Assembly (NCBI RefSeq): GCF_001194135.2
Contig: NC_069003.1
Location: 5,798,803-5,846,493 of the forward strand
Direction: 5' to 3'
Source: Octopus bimaculoides
Lineage: Eukaryota
DNA length: 47,691 nt
Part shown: piece by piece, positions 47,186 to 47,691 of the stretch
How positions within the stretch are numbered: position 1 is the stretch's first letter
Layout of the letters: each line of letters opens with the position of its first letter
Position numbers and translations under genes: made by a program
Notes under the pieces: generated by a model
What the model saw: only the letters and a program-made list of their open reading frames with translations
Databases searched by the model: none
Told to the model about the DNA's origin: nothing

Positions 47186-47320
47186 ATATATGTGTGTACA
47201 CACGCATACACACAGACACACACGTATGTGTATTTGTATATATGTATCTCTGAATGTGTATGAATGCGTATGTATCTATATATGCATGTATATATGTTTG
47301 TGTATGTCTACATGTGTATG

Positions 47321-47360
<40 letters not shown>

Positions 47361-47691
47361 CAATTAAACCTTGGGAGAGGCATTATGCCGGTAATAAACA
47401 CACGCACTGGTTCAGTCCTTTATTAATTTAATTTATATAGTTTTTTGTTAAATTATTTCATTGCACTCTTGCAATCTCTTCAGTAACTTGTCTCTCCACT
47501 TCCATTTATTTTGAATATATGATCTGGCGTTGTTTTGGCGTTGTTTCGAAACTGTTTGGTATAAGCATGTGAGTGTGTGCAAGTTCGTATGTGTGCACGC
47601 ACTTATGTGTTCGTGCTTATATGTAAGTATGTGCGTCCATATGTGTGTTTGTAACAATTTCGTTTATATTAGATCAGATAGAGACTTTTTA

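Overview
AT-rich metazoan DNA, most consistent with an octopus (coleoid cephalopod) scaffold. This is inferred from the SINE families and microsatellite density, not from a database hit. The window is intronic or intergenic and is dominated by four recurrent SINE-like families, labelled A-D here as working names. It also holds two decayed RTE-clade LINE 3' ends, an internally deleted mariner, two maT-like (DD37D) Tc1/mariner fragments, TTAA-flanked MITE-like elements, many microsatellites and five assembly gaps. I found no complete gene, rRNA or tRNA gene, or CRISPR array, and almost all ORFs in the supplied track are artefacts of microsatellites, N-runs or repeats. The best gene evidence is one plus-strand exon (7101-7224/7228) with a tandem donor and a downstream 23-nt micro-exon. 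The most unusual structures are a 75-bp palindromic tandem repeat with one open frame flanked by splice-like signals, a four-copy repeat-spacer array carrying a tRNA T-arm/B-box, a 13-bp periodic array whose consensus drifts along its length, and several SINE fold-backs that could form long dsRNA. I cannot show a new biological system from sequence alone; these are leads. Repeat coordinates were read by eye and are approximate unless stated.
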